In this document: positions 28,264-40,167 of the stretch, piece by piece
Layout of the letters: the number at the start of each line of letters is the position of its first letter
Numbering within the stretch: position 1 is the stretch's first letter
Origin: Capsulimonadales bacterium
GTDB taxonomy: Bacteria; Armatimonadota; Armatimonadia; Armatimonadales; Armatimonadaceae
DNA: 64,000 nt
Assembly (NCBI GenBank): GCA_033762295.1
Contig: JANRLW010000018.1
Span: forward strand, 1-64,000
Direction: 5' to 3'
The notes under the pieces: generated by a model
What the model was told of the DNA's origin: nothing
The model's database searches: none
What the model saw: only the letters and a program-made list of their open reading frames with translations
Program-made: the position numbers and the translations under genes

Positions 28264-28296
28264 GTCGGGCAGGAGTCGGGCAGGAGTCGGGCAGGA
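28264..28296. repeat. Tandem repeat (GTCGGGCAGGA)x3
   Basis: Directly visible in intergenic DNA upstream of pgm. Confidence 0.9.
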
Positions 28297-28357
28297 TTCG
28301 ACTTCGGACCTGACGAACCGTAACGCTCGGAATCCTTTTCCGAAACGGAGCGGCCCG

Positions 28358-29797
28358 ATGATTGCATCCAACAAAATCGCTTTCGGAACCGACGGCTGGC
28401 GCGCCGTCATGGCCCGGGAGTTTACCTTTGATAACGTCGCCCTCGTCGCCCAGGCGATCGCCGATCATGTCGTCTCGACCGGCAAAAAGGACAAGGGGGT
28501 CATCGTCGGTTACGATGCCCGCTTCCTGTCCGAGCAGTTCGCGCAACTGGTCGCCGATGTTCTCCTCGCCAACGGCGTTCCGGCCTACCTGCCCGACCGC
28601 GACACGCCGACGCCGGTCGTCGCCTACACGATCAAGGCGCGTGACCTGGCCGGTGCGGTCATGCTCACCGCCTCCCATAACCCGCCCGAGTACAACGGCA
28701 TCAAGTTTATCCCCGACTACCTGCATCCCGCTCTGCCCGATATCACCGATGCGATTACCGCGCGTATCGCCGAACTGCAGGCCGATCCGTCACAGGTCAA
28801 ATACTCCGGGGGCGGCAAGCATTACATCATCAATCCGAAGGCGGACTACTTCGCGCACATCGCCGAACTGATCGACCTGAAGGCGATTGGCGCGGCCAAC
28901 CTGACGATCTGCGTCGACCCTCTGTACGCCACCGGGCGCGGTTATCTGAGCGAGATTCTGAAGGAGGCCGGCGCGACCGTTCACACCCTGCACGACGAGC
29001 GCAACCCGCTCTTCGGCGGGTCCTTGCCGGAGCCGAACGCCAAAAACCTGATCCCGCTCGCCGCCTTCATGAAGGAAAAGAACGCCGACCTGGGTCTTTC
29101 GATGGACGGCGACGCCGACCGCTTCGGTATGCTCGATAAGACCGGGGCCTACATCACCAGCAACCAGGTGATCGCGCTGACCGTCTGGCACTGGGCGCAG
29201 ACGCGTCCGCGCCCCACCGCCGCCAGCGTCGTTCGCACGGTCGCCACCTCCGGGATGATCGATGCGCTGGCGAAACACTTCGGCATGACGGTCACCGAGA
29301 CCCCGGTCGGATTCAAGTGGGTCGGGAACGCGATGCGTACCACCGATGCCATCGTCGGCGGCGAGGAGTCGGGCGGTCTGTCCGTTCGCGGACATATTCC
29401 CGAGAAGGACGGCATCATGGCGGACCTTGTCCTGACGGAACTGGTCGCAAAATCCGGAAAGACACCGCTGGAACTGCTGGCCGAGATCCGGCAGATCATC
29501 GGTGAATATCTGACCACCCGCGTCGATATTCGTCTCCCGGACGCCTCGAAGCGGAATCTGATGACCATGCTGCGCGAAGCGACCCCCGCGACCATCGCCG
29601 GACAGGGCGTGGCGTCCGTCTCCAAGATCGACGGCGTGAAGATGGTGCGCGAGGACGGTTCCTGGCTGCTGATTCGTCCGTCCGGCACCGAGCCGCTGGT
29701 TCGCTGTTATATCGAGGCCCGCTCCGAAAGCGACGTCGAGGAACTCCGGCACGCGATTCACGAACTGATCCCCGACGGCGAGGACGCCTCTCACTGA
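28358..29797 (+). CDS. Phosphoglucomutase/phosphomannomutase
   Basis: FGTDGWR, TASHNP, DGDADR, GEESG, RPSGTEP. Confidence 0.95.
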   Translation: MIASNKIAFGTDGWRAVMAREFTFDNVALVAQAIADHVVSTGKKDKGVIVGYDARFLSEQFAQLVADVLLANGVPAYLPDRDTPTPVVAYTIKARDLAGAVMLTASHNPPEYNGIKFIPDYLHPALPDITDAITARIAELQADPSQVKYSGGGKHYIINPKADYFAHIAELIDLKAIGAANLTICVDPLYATGRGYLSEILKEAGATVHTLHDERNPLFGGSLPEPNAKNLIPLAAFMKEKNADLGLSMDGDADRFGMLDKTGAYITSNQVIALTVWHWAQTRPRPTAASVVRTVATSGMIDALAKHFGMTVTETPVGFKWVGNAMRTTDAIVGGEESGGLSVRGHIPEKDGIMADLVLTELVAKSGKTPLELLAEIRQIIGEYLTTRVDIRLPDASKRNLMTMLREATPATIAGQGVASVSKIDGVKMVREDGSWLLIRPSGTEPLVRCYIEARSESDVEELRHAIHELIPDGEDASH

Positions 29798-29803
29798 TCC
29801 CTC

Positions 29804-29843
29804 CCCGCCTCGCCGCCGCATAAAATGACGGCGGCGAGGCGGG
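29804..29843 (+). terminator. GC-rich hairpin after pgm (possible terminator, no U-tract)
   Basis: cccgcctcgccgccg-N10-cggcggcgaggcggg. Confidence 0.5.
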
Positions 29844-29906
29844 CGCACACACCCGGCATCATCGGACGGCCCCCGGCTCAGGGATTCATTCCGGGGAACG
29901 GGTTAG

Positions 29907-31628
<1,722 letters not shown>

Positions 31629-31658
31629 CGGCGGCTCGTCCGGGAAGATCAACGGAGA

Positions 31659-33752
31659 TCAACGCCGACCGGCGGGCGGCGCGATCTTCCACATCCCGTA
31701 GCACTGCCCGTTGACCCAGGCGTAGCGGGTGCGGGGATGCACCCGGATCGCGTTGACCTCGTGCGGTCCGTCCCCCTGTGTCGTTGAGAGCGGCGCGGTC
31801 ACGGTCAGGTTGGTCCAGGTCTTTCCGGCGTCGGTCGAACGGCAGACGGCGGCGGTGGTCGCATAGGTATCGCGCGAGCCGCCCACATAGACGACGGACG
31901 GATCGACCGGATCGACGGCGACGGTCCGAACACGGGTGTTTCCGTACTGGTCGGCAGGTGTCGGCACCGACGTCCAGCGGTCGCCCCCCGCCCAGTATTT
32001 CAACCGTTCCTCCGAAGCGACATATATGCGCTGACGGCCCGGATCGACCGCGAGATCGGTAAAGCCGCCCGGAACGGTGACGACGGTCTTCCAGGTGACG
32101 CCTTGATCGACCGAGCGAACGACGCGATCCTCCTTTTTGCCGTAGAGCGCTCCCGCCACCGTGATGAAGACACCGTCGCAGTCCGGCATGGCCCGCCAGG
32201 TCGCCCCCCGGTCCGCGCTGCGATAGTTGGACGCAAAGAGCACGTTTCGGTCGCGCGGGTCCGCCGCCCCGACATCCGGTCCCTTCAAAACCGCGTTTTT
32301 CCCGGTGTCCGCGTCGCGGGCGAACTGCCAGGTCGCGCCGCCGTCGCGCGAGAGGCGCAACGTTCGCGGACCGCCCCACTCCTCCGCGTCGCCGTAGAAC
32401 ATCACCTGCCGATCGACCGCGAACCCGCCGTAACAGTGCCCGCCCCATCCCTTGCCGGACACATCGCGGTAGTTCCAGGTCTTCCCGCCATCGGTCGTGA
32501 ACGCGCCATTATAATCCTGGAACGCCAAAAAAACGGTATCCGGTTCGAACGCGGAGAAGTTGAACAGTCCGCCGAGCATGATGCCGTTGTAGCCGTTGTT
32601 GTGCCAGGTGAAGGTCCTGCCGCCGTCGGTCGAGCGAGTGACCCAGTCGCCTCCAAGCCCGTAGACGAGGTTCGGGTCGGTCGGATGCCAGGTATACCAG
32701 CCCTCGCGTACGTTGAGCGGCATCGGCGCGAACCCCTTTTGAATGTCGATCGGGACAAAACTCGCCCCGCCGTCGTGGCTGACATAGCGCACCCAGCGCC
32801 AGTTGTCGCCGCTCACCCAGCAGGTCATCCGTCGAGGGTCAGCCGGAGAGACGGAGAGGTCGCGAATCGGCTTGCCGTTCTGCTGGTCCACCCCTTGCGC
32901 CGCGAGCGTCGTCCACGACTTGCCGCCATCGTCCGAGCGCAGGATTCCGTCCGAACCGCTGACGTAGAGGCGGTCGGGCGCGTTCGGCAGGAGACAGAGG
33001 CCCCAGACTTCGCCCTCCCGCAGACGAACGAACGTTCGACCGCCGTCGTCACTGCGGAACAGTCCCGTTTTGCCGCCGAGGAGCACCGAGCCGTTCGTCG
33101 GATGCACACGCAGGAGGGGAATCGGAAACCGGTCCGGATGGATCTCCCGATTGCGCTCGGAGACCTTCGTCCAGGTTGCGCCGCCGTCCGCCGTGCGCAG
33201 CAGGCCGCCGATCGGGGAGGCGACGTAGGCGACGGTACAGAAACCCTTCGCCGCATCGTACGATGCCGGATCGATCGCGACCGCCACGCCGGTCCCCTCC
33301 CGCAGTTTGTGCGTCTGCTTCCAGGAGGCGGCCTGATCGGTCGAGAGGTAGATTCCGTTGGGTATATTGTCGCCCCAACCTTCGCCCCAGTCCGACGAGT
33401 TGGCGGCGACGCCGATTACATGCCGGGGGTTTTTCGGGTCGATGGCGAATCCGTTCGCCCCGCGGGCATTCCATCCGGCCATCGAGCACTGCCAGTTTTT
33501 CCCGCCGTCGAGGGAACGGTAGAGTCCGCCGACATCGATCGGCAGGAGCAGGAAGTCGGGTTCGCGGATGGAGAGGACCACGCCGCCGCGCGGCCACTGA
33601 CCGCCCTCGCCGCCCGGCGCAACTCCGGCCCGGGCCGCCTCCGGGGGACGGATCGGCATCTTTTCCCAGCGTTCGGGCACGGTCGGGGCCGACGGCCCGA
33701 AGAGGACCGCGGTCAGCCACGGCGCGAGCAGGAGAATCGATCGAGAAAGCAT
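31659..33752 (-). CDS. Secreted BNR/Asp-box repeat beta-propeller (GH74-like fold)
   Basis: Many S-x-D-G-G-x-T-W Asp boxes; 'DVGGLYRS'; signal peptide. Confidence 0.8.
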   Translation of the reverse strand: MLSRSILLLAPWLTAVLFGPSAPTVPERWEKMPIRPPEAARAGVAPGGEGGQWPRGGVVLSIREPDFLLLPIDVGGLYRSLDGGKNWQCSMAGWNARGANGFAIDPKNPRHVIGVAANSSDWGEGWGDNIPNGIYLSTDQAASWKQTHKLREGTGVAVAIDPASYDAAKGFCTVAYVASPIGGLLRTADGGATWTKVSERNREIHPDRFPIPLLRVHPTNGSVLLGGKTGLFRSDDGGRTFVRLREGEVWGLCLLPNAPDRLYVSGSDGILRSDDGGKSWTTLAAQGVDQQNGKPIRDLSVSPADPRRMTCWVSGDNWRWVRYVSHDGGASFVPIDIQKGFAPMPLNVREGWYTWHPTDPNLVYGLGGDWVTRSTDGGRTFTWHNNGYNGIMLGGLFNFSAFEPDTVFLAFQDYNGAFTTDGGKTWNYRDVSGKGWGGHCYGGFAVDRQVMFYGDAEEWGGPRTLRLSRDGGATWQFARDADTGKNAVLKGPDVGAADPRDRNVLFASNYRSADRGATWRAMPDCDGVFITVAGALYGKKEDRVVRSVDQGVTWKTVVTVPGGFTDLAVDPGRQRIYVASEERLKYWAGGDRWTSVPTPADQYGNTRVRTVAVDPVDPSVVYVGGSRDTYATTAAVCRSTDAGKTWTNLTVTAPLSTTQGDGPHEVNAIRVHPRTRYAWVNGQCYGMWKIAPPAGRR

Positions 33753-33872
33753 CGAGGGGCGCTCCCTTTTCCCAGCGTTTTCGTACCTCTTCGATTATAA
33801 GCCGTTCCCGCGTCGTTCTCCCGTCGGCGGATGGTCTCCTCGAAGGACGCCGTGATGCGTTACAATGGAAAC

Positions 33873-34325
33873 ATGCCCGTCCCGTTGCGTCTCTACCGAA
33901 CCATTCCCCTGCTTCCGTGGAACGACGGAGTGCGGGAAAGGATCATGTCGTACTGGCGTGACCGGCATTTTCTCTTTATCGAAACCGATGGCGATTTTCT
34001 CCTGGCGCGCCGGGGCAGTCTGTGGGGCAATTTGACGGCGTTCGATCCCAGAAAACTGAAGACGGAACTCTCGATCGCACGAACGACCCCGACGGAGGTC
34101 ATGTGCCTGCTCGAGATCGACCCGCAGTACCAGGTCATTACGGAGTGGAATGTTCGTTTCTGGGAACTGGAACTGGAGACGCTGGAAAGTTTCCTCTATC
34201 GAAACGACACCAGAGACGCTTTGTGGCAGGAGTTCGAACGGGACAGCGCACGGGCGAACGCTCTCTGGGTGGCGACCGGGGGCGTCCTCGGCGGACGCCT
34301 CACCGATCGCTGGAAGAAGCATTGA
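33873..34325 (+). CDS. Hypothetical protein
   Basis: Fills the intergenic gap; TACAAT 6 nt upstream of ATG; coding-like composition. Confidence 0.65.
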   Translation: MPVPLRLYRTIPLLPWNDGVRERIMSYWRDRHFLFIETDGDFLLARRGSLWGNLTAFDPRKLKTELSIARTTPTEVMCLLEIDPQYQVITEWNVRFWELELETLESFLYRNDTRDALWQEFERDSARANALWVATGGVLGGRLTDRWKKH

Positions 34326-34341
34326 TCGCCTGGTAGATCGT

Positions 34342-35541
34342 CTAATGGAGCAGGCGCGCGCGCAGTTTGTCGATCGTCGCCTTCTCGACACCGCAGACCG
34401 TGGTCAGGTAGTTCTCGACGGAGCCGTGCTTCTCCTCGACGTAGCGCAGGGTGTCCTCCATCCACTTCGGGTCGGCGATCATCAGCGGCATCATCCGGGC
34501 GGAGTTCAGCCCGGACGCGGCCAGCTGCGGATTACGCTTCGCCTGTTCCATCAGGGCGTCGGTCGCCAGGTTGGTGAGGGAGTAATCCGCGACGATGGTC
34601 TTCGTCGGAACGCCGAGGACGCGCAGAACCAGGGCGGTCGCCACGCCGGTCCGGTCCTTGCCCGCCGTACAGTGGTACAGGGTGGGCAGGTTCGCCGGTT
34701 CGGCCAGCGCGCGGACGAACGGACCGAAGGCGCTCTTGCCATGCTCGTCCAGCATCCGCATATAGGCAACGCCCAGTCCGGTTTTTATCAATGCGCTCAG
34801 ATCGACCGTCGTCGCGGTCGTTGCGGTGGTCGTCGTGCCGGTCGTCGTGCCGGTCGCGGACGGCCGCGTGATCGTTCCGGATTCGATCGGGAAAGAGACG
34901 GCGCGGGCGGTCATGATCGGAGCGAGTTTATCCGGGGCGGCCTCGGCCTCGCGATTCCCACGGAAATCGCACACCGTCTTCAATTGCAGCCCGTTCAGGT
35001 ATTCCCGGTCGGCATCGGTCAGCCGGGCGAGGGCTTCGGAACGATAAAGCATGCCCCAGCGGACCTGCCGCCCCTCCTCGGTCCGATACCCGCCCGCGTC
35101 ACGCAGATTTCCGAGTCCTTCGAGCGGAAGACGACGTTCGCCGACCACCCAGGTTTTCCCCTCCCATGCACCGCCCCGGAATCGCAGAATCGCATACCGA
35201 CGCCCCTTCGCCTCCAATGTCATCAGGGCGACCCGGCTCTTTTTGATGGCGATCCGGTCAGCCTTATCGTTCGGTCCGATCGTTCGGTCCGGGTCGGCCA
35301 CCAGGAACACCTCCACCGAATCGGCGGGCACCGTCCAGGCGATGATAAACGCGCCCTTCTCATTGCGCGTCATCGTCGCCTCCTCCTCGGGAACGCGGAC
35401 ATACGATTTGGGATCGATGACCGGGGCGACCGGTTGTGCGGCGGGCGCGGCCTCCTGCGCCTGGGCGGCCAGAGGGACCGTCAGCCCGGAAACGAGACAG
35501 CCAATAAGTCGGAGGACGTTACGAACGTCGGCGGAGCGCAT
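34342..35541 (-). CDS. Secreted protein tyrosine/serine phosphatase (Y_phosphatase3-like)
   Basis: 'NLRDAGGY', 'LYRS', 'HCTAGKDRTG', 'DYSLTN'; signal peptide AQA. Confidence 0.9.
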   Translation of the reverse strand: MRSADVRNVLRLIGCLVSGLTVPLAAQAQEAAPAAQPVAPVIDPKSYVRVPEEEATMTRNEKGAFIIAWTVPADSVEVFLVADPDRTIGPNDKADRIAIKKSRVALMTLEAKGRRYAILRFRGGAWEGKTWVVGERRLPLEGLGNLRDAGGYRTEEGRQVRWGMLYRSEALARLTDADREYLNGLQLKTVCDFRGNREAEAAPDKLAPIMTARAVSFPIESGTITRPSATGTTTGTTTTATTATTVDLSALIKTGLGVAYMRMLDEHGKSAFGPFVRALAEPANLPTLYHCTAGKDRTGVATALVLRVLGVPTKTIVADYSLTNLATDALMEQAKRNPQLAASGLNSARMMPLMIADPKWMEDTLRYVEEKHGSVENYLTTVCGVEKATIDKLRARLLH

Positions 35542-35726
35542 AGACCCAATCCTTCCTTCCGGAATGCCCCCCGTCCGGCGGACGGACACGGCAGGCAAAG
35601 CATCTCATTGTAACCGGAACCCCGGTCGGAAAATTTTAAGAGAACGTTAAATCCGTTCGTTCTTTCGCGCCGTCCCCCGGGTATGCCCCCCGTGACCGGT
35701 GGCTGCGAGCGGGGTATCATACGGTC

Positions 35727-37607
35727 ATGCTTACGGAATCCGAACGCAATGCTCTCCTCCTCGGAGACCCGAACCGTCGTCTTCCCGAACGGGTCCCCCT
35801 GACCGCCGGACCGTTCTCCCTGACTTACGAGAACGGCGACCTGCGCTATCTCCGGTTCGGCGACCGGGAGGTCGTTCGACGAATTTACGTGGCTTTGCGC
35901 GGCGAGAACTGGTTCAACGTTCCCGGCGAAATCTCCCGGGTCGCTCTGCAACACGCACCGGACGGATTTCATATCACCTATCAGGCGCGTTACGTCAACG
36001 CGGAACGGAATATCGATCTCTCCGCCGACTTCACGCTTACCGGGTCCGCGGACGGCACGGTAACGTTCGATTTCGATGCCGTGGCGCATACCGCTTTCAA
36101 GCGGAACCGGATCGGCATCTGTGTTCTGCATCCGGCGACGGCCGCCGGAACCCCGGTGACCGTCACCCACACGGACGGGCGGACCGAGTCCGGCATGTTC
36201 CCGATCACGATCGAGCCGGATCAACCGTTCTTCGATATCGCCGCTCTGACGCAGGAGGTCGCTCCGGGCGTTACCACGGTTCTGCGCTTCGAAGGCGACG
36301 TTTTCGAAATGGAGGATCAGCGTAACTGGTCCGACGCTTCCTACAAGACCTACTCCACCCCGCAGGAACGACCGAAACCGGTGGAGGTCGCCGCAGGCAC
36401 CCGCATCCGTCAGACGGTGCGCTTGACGGTTCACCGCGACACCGTGGCCCTCGGCGACGACGCGATCAACGCCGATTCGGAGACCGTCGGGCAATCGACC
36501 GCCGCCGGGTCGTTCGTCCTCGATGCGCCGGTCACCGTGCGGATCGGCGCGGGCGGTATCGCGCCGTTCCCCGGCTTCGGTCTGATGCTCCCGCCCGACA
36601 AACTCCCCCTCCCGGAGGCGGCCGAAACGGCTCTGAACGGCATCCTGCTCAGCCACCTCCGGCTGGATGTCGATGTCACCGCCGACGGATGGCACGAGAC
36701 GGTGGAACGCGCCAATCAGGTGGCGATCGACCAGGCGCTGCCGCTCCTTCTCGGCCTGAAAAACTTCGACCGGTTGCGTACGGACGAGCGTGGCCTCGAG
36801 TTGAAACAGCCGGTCGGGGCGTTTCTTTTCCTGTCGGCATCCGGCGAGTTTATCCGGGATTTCGGAAAGAGCCGTCCGTTCCTGCCGGAAGGCGCGGTTC
36901 TCTTCACCGGTTCCTCGAACAACTTTACGGAATTGAACCGCAACCGTCCGGATATGTCGACCGTGGACGGCATCGTCTTCGCCGGAACGCCGCAGGTCCA
37001 TGCGTTCGATGACACGTCGATCCTGGAGACGCCGCCGACGTACGCCGACCAACTCCTCACGGCCCGGACGTTCGCCGCCGGAAAACCGGTCCATGTCGGC
37101 CCGCTGACGCTCTATCGGCCGGGACGCATCGCGGCGGTTCAGCAGAAAGGGTTGCTCGGGGCGGTCTGGTACGTCGCCGCGCTCTCCTATGTCGCGCAGG
37201 GCGGCGCTGCCGGAATCACGCTTTGCGATCTGTCGGGCGATCAGGGTCTGCTGTCCGACGACGGGCGGGCGTTCCCGGTCTACGCGGCTCTGTCCGCCGT
37301 CGGCACCTCGACCGGCGGGCGCACCCAGAGCGTCACGATCAGCGATCCGCTGAGGGTGGCCTGTCTCTCCGTTCTGGCCGAGGGCGCGGCCTGGCAGGAC
37401 ATCTTCCTCGTCAACCTGCAGCCGCAGACCGTCACCGTCGAGTTATCCGGCATCCAGGGAGTCTCGGCGCGCGTTCGCATGCTGGACGAGACGACCGGCG
37501 GACGTTTCTCCGGCGTGGTTCCGACGCCGGTGGTCGGCGGGTCGCTGGGTCTGTCTCTGCTGCCGTACGCGGTCATACAGGTGATTTCCGGCGCACAGGT
37601 TTCCTGA
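35727..37607 (+). CDS. apnL: D-apionate lactonase-like protein
   Basis: 'LTAGPFSLTYENGDLRYLRFGDREVVRRIY', 'FEMEDQRNWSDASYKTY', 'FTELNRNRP', 'PQVHAFDD'; adjacent to apnO. Confidence 0.75.
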   Translation: MLTESERNALLLGDPNRRLPERVPLTAGPFSLTYENGDLRYLRFGDREVVRRIYVALRGENWFNVPGEISRVALQHAPDGFHITYQARYVNAERNIDLSADFTLTGSADGTVTFDFDAVAHTAFKRNRIGICVLHPATAAGTPVTVTHTDGRTESGMFPITIEPDQPFFDIAALTQEVAPGVTTVLRFEGDVFEMEDQRNWSDASYKTYSTPQERPKPVEVAAGTRIRQTVRLTVHRDTVALGDDAINADSETVGQSTAAGSFVLDAPVTVRIGAGGIAPFPGFGLMLPPDKLPLPEAAETALNGILLSHLRLDVDVTADGWHETVERANQVAIDQALPLLLGLKNFDRLRTDERGLELKQPVGAFLFLSASGEFIRDFGKSRPFLPEGAVLFTGSSNNFTELNRNRPDMSTVDGIVFAGTPQVHAFDDTSILETPPTYADQLLTARTFAAGKPVHVGPLTLYRPGRIAAVQQKGLLGAVWYVAALSYVAQGGAAGITLCDLSGDQGLLSDDGRAFPVYAALSAVGTSTGGRTQSVTISDPLRVACLSVLAEGAAWQDIFLVNLQPQTVTVELSGIQGVSARVRMLDETTGGRFSGVVPTPVVGGSLGLSLLPYAVIQVISGAQVS

Positions 37608-37622
37608 AGGAGGGGAACGACC

Positions 37623-38498
37623 ATGCAAACCGTACAAACGGTCGCGTTGATGGGGGCGGGCGGCAAAATGGGCTGCCGTCTGACCGATAATCTAAAAGAT
37701 CACCCCGAATACCGGATGCGCTATGTCGAGGTCGGGGAGTCCGGCATCGCCCGTCTGGCGGAGCGGGGGCTTTCGCCGACCCCGCCATCGGAGGCGTTGT
37801 CCGCGGCCGATATCGTGATCCTGGCCCTTCCGGACCGGGTTCTGGGCGAGGTCGCGCGCGAGATCGTTCCGCAGGTGCGCCCCGGTACACTGATCCTGAC
37901 CCTCGATCCGGCCGCCCCCCATGCCGGAGAGTTGCCGACGCGCGACGATATCTCCTACTTTGTGACGCACCCGTGCCACCCTCCGGTCTTCAACTACGAC
38001 GCCACGCCCGAGGAACGACGCGATTTCTTCGGCGGCGTCAAAGCACCGCAGGCCATTGTCTGCGCCCTGATGCAGGGGCCGGAAGCGGACTACGCACGCG
38101 GAGAGGCGGTGGCGGTCGCCATGTACGCCCCCGTCACTCGCAGCCACCGGGTGACGGTCGAACAGATGGCGATCCTCGAACCGGCCATGGCGGAGACCGT
38201 GGCCGCCTGCTGCATTACGATCATCCGGGAGGCGATGGACGAAGCCATCGCCCGTGGAGTGCCGCCCGAAGCGGCGAAGGATTTTCTTCTCGGCCATGTG
38301 AATATCCCGCTGGCCATCGTCTTCGGGGAGATCTCCTCGCCCTTTTCGGATGGCGCGAAACTGATCATCGAGCATGGCCGCCACTATCTGTTCAAGCCCG
38401 ACTGGAGAGAGCGTATCTTCGCGCCGGAGTCGGTTCTGGAGCAGGTTCGCGCCATTGTGAACGGGACGCCGCCGCCGAACGAGCGACGGACGGAGTAG
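37623..38498 (+). CDS. apnO: D-apionate oxidoisomerase-like protein
   Basis: 'GAGGKMG.RL..NL', 'THPCHPPVF', 'CALMQGPE', 'QMAILEP', 'DFLLGH'. Confidence 0.78.
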   Translation: MQTVQTVALMGAGGKMGCRLTDNLKDHPEYRMRYVEVGESGIARLAERGLSPTPPSEALSAADIVILALPDRVLGEVAREIVPQVRPGTLILTLDPAAPHAGELPTRDDISYFVTHPCHPPVFNYDATPEERRDFFGGVKAPQAIVCALMQGPEADYARGEAVAVAMYAPVTRSHRVTVEQMAILEPAMAETVAACCITIIREAMDEAIARGVPPEAAKDFLLGHVNIPLAIVFGEISSPFSDGAKLIIEHGRHYLFKPDWRERIFAPESVLEQVRAIVNGTPPPNERRTE

Positions 38499-38658
38499 AA
38501 CGAACTCACCCCGCTGACGACCCGACTACGAAGACGTAGAAATCCGCTATAAAGATAATCCTCATTCTGCCGATACCGTGAATGTCGCCCGGTCCGCTTC
38601 AGGACGTACCCGCGATACCGGTCGCCGGTCGGATTGTAAAATGAGAACGGATAAAAAT

Positions 38659-39471
38659 ATGCGCTTCGGAATCGGCTCCTACACGTACGCCTGGGCGATC
38701 GGCGTCCCGGGATTCCCCGCGCCACCCAATCCGCTGGATGCCTTTCGCCTGCTGGACAGAACGGTAGGATTCGGCCTGTCGGTCGTTCAAATCTGCGATA
38801 ATCTTCCCCTGACGGACCTTGCCGAACGCGACCTGCAGGCGTTCGCGGAACGCGCTTTTTCCGCCGGAGTCCATATCGAGATCGGGACACGGGGAATCGA
38901 CGAGACCAACCTCCGACAATATCTGGCGCTGGCGCGGCGTTTCCGCTCTCCGTTCGTACGCGTGGTCATCGACAGGGGAAGCGACGAACCGTCGCCCGAG
39001 GAGACCGTTCGTCGTCTGCGTCCGCTGGTCGCCGCCTTCGCCGCCGAAAACGTCGTCCTCGCTCTGGAAAATCACGACCGGTTCCCCGCCGACATCCTGG
39101 CGGATATCGTGGAGCGGTTGGGGCCGGAAACGGTGGGCATCTGTCTGGATACCGTCAACTCCTTCGGTTCGCTGGAGGGTCCGGACGTGGTCATTCCGAC
39201 CCTCGCGCCGTACGCGGTCAATCTGCATATCAAGGATTTCAGCATTCGTCGCGCAACCCACAACATGGGATTTCTGATCGAGGGCCAACCCGCCGGTCAG
39301 GGACGATTGAACATCCCGGAACTCCTCACCAGCCTTCCGAAATGCCAGACCGCCATCCTGGAACTCTGGACGCCGTACCAGGAAACGATCGCCCGGACCG
39401 TCGCTCTCGAAGCGCAATGGGCGGATGAAAGCGTCATCTACCTGAAAAGTCTCCTCCCGTCACCGGCGTGA
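38659..39471 (+). CDS. Xylose-isomerase-like TIM barrel, probable 3-oxo-isoapionate decarboxylase (OiaC-like)
   Basis: 'IEIGTRG', 'LENHD', 'CLDTVNS', 'LHIKDF'; specific function inferred from context. Confidence 0.65.
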   Translation: MRFGIGSYTYAWAIGVPGFPAPPNPLDAFRLLDRTVGFGLSVVQICDNLPLTDLAERDLQAFAERAFSAGVHIEIGTRGIDETNLRQYLALARRFRSPFVRVVIDRGSDEPSPEETVRRLRPLVAAFAAENVVLALENHDRFPADILADIVERLGPETVGICLDTVNSFGSLEGPDVVIPTLAPYAVNLHIKDFSIRRATHNMGFLIEGQPAGQGRLNIPELLTSLPKCQTAILELWTPYQETIARTVALEAQWADESVIYLKSLLPSPA

Positions 39472-39512
39472 CGGTAGGAAAAACCCGCGATATACTGCGA
39501 CAGGCACGAACG

Positions 39513-39941
39513 ATGAAACCTAACGCGACCGGTCGGATGACCGCTTTCGGAAAAAACGCGTCGAACCTTCCCGGTCTGGTACGACGTCGGTTTTCTCGTC
39601 TCGCCCTGCCGCTGGCTCTTCTCTATGCTCTGCTGTTCGTCGGCATGACCTGGCACCCGCACGAGCAAAACGGAGTCGGAACCGGGGGAACGGTTTCATC
39701 GTACGCCTGCGCTCCGGTCGGTACGTCCCAACAGACGGAGGTACAATCCTCCCATGGCGTGCGAACGGGCTGTCCGGTCTGTGACTTTCTCATCCAACCG
39801 GTTCAACAGGCCGGCGTCCCGGAGCGTGCCTCCGAACCGCTCCTGGTTTTCTTCGATGCGCCGGTTGCCGAACGGCCCCTGCCCTACCTCCCCTATCGCT
39901 TCTGCGATCGCTCCGTCTCCCGCGGTCCTCCGGTTTCGTAG
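39513..39941 (+). CDS. DUF2946/CruR-like leader protein (TM-His, CxxC, C-terminal RGPP)
   Basis: 'LALPLALLYALLFVGMTWHPHE', 'GCPVC', ends 'VSRGPPVS*'; start 39513 or 39537. Confidence 0.75.
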   Translation: MKPNATGRMTAFGKNASNLPGLVRRRFSRLALPLALLYALLFVGMTWHPHEQNGVGTGGTVSSYACAPVGTSQQTEVQSSHGVRTGCPVCDFLIQPVQQAGVPERASEPLLVFFDAPVAERPLPYLPYRFCDRSVSRGPPVS

Positions 39942-40167
39942 TCCTCTTTCCGCCCGCCGGGTAAACGTCCTTCCGTCCTTGAAGGCGTTCCCGAACGGTT
40001 CTCACCTCCGGCGCAGGCCCCTTCCGGCCCGTTTTCTGAGCGTCGAACCGGACGGACCGGCGTCCTGACACTTCTCCTGCCAACCTCTCGCGGCGCGTTC
40101 GACGGCCCTCTTCCGTTCGTGCGAGACGGTTCGCAGCCAGCGACTACGATTCCGGAGATAGATATTT

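Noticed and set aside
34804..34860. Thr-rich repeat (TGTTTGTTTTATTATT) in the phosphatase
   Set aside because: Ordinary low-complexity linker.
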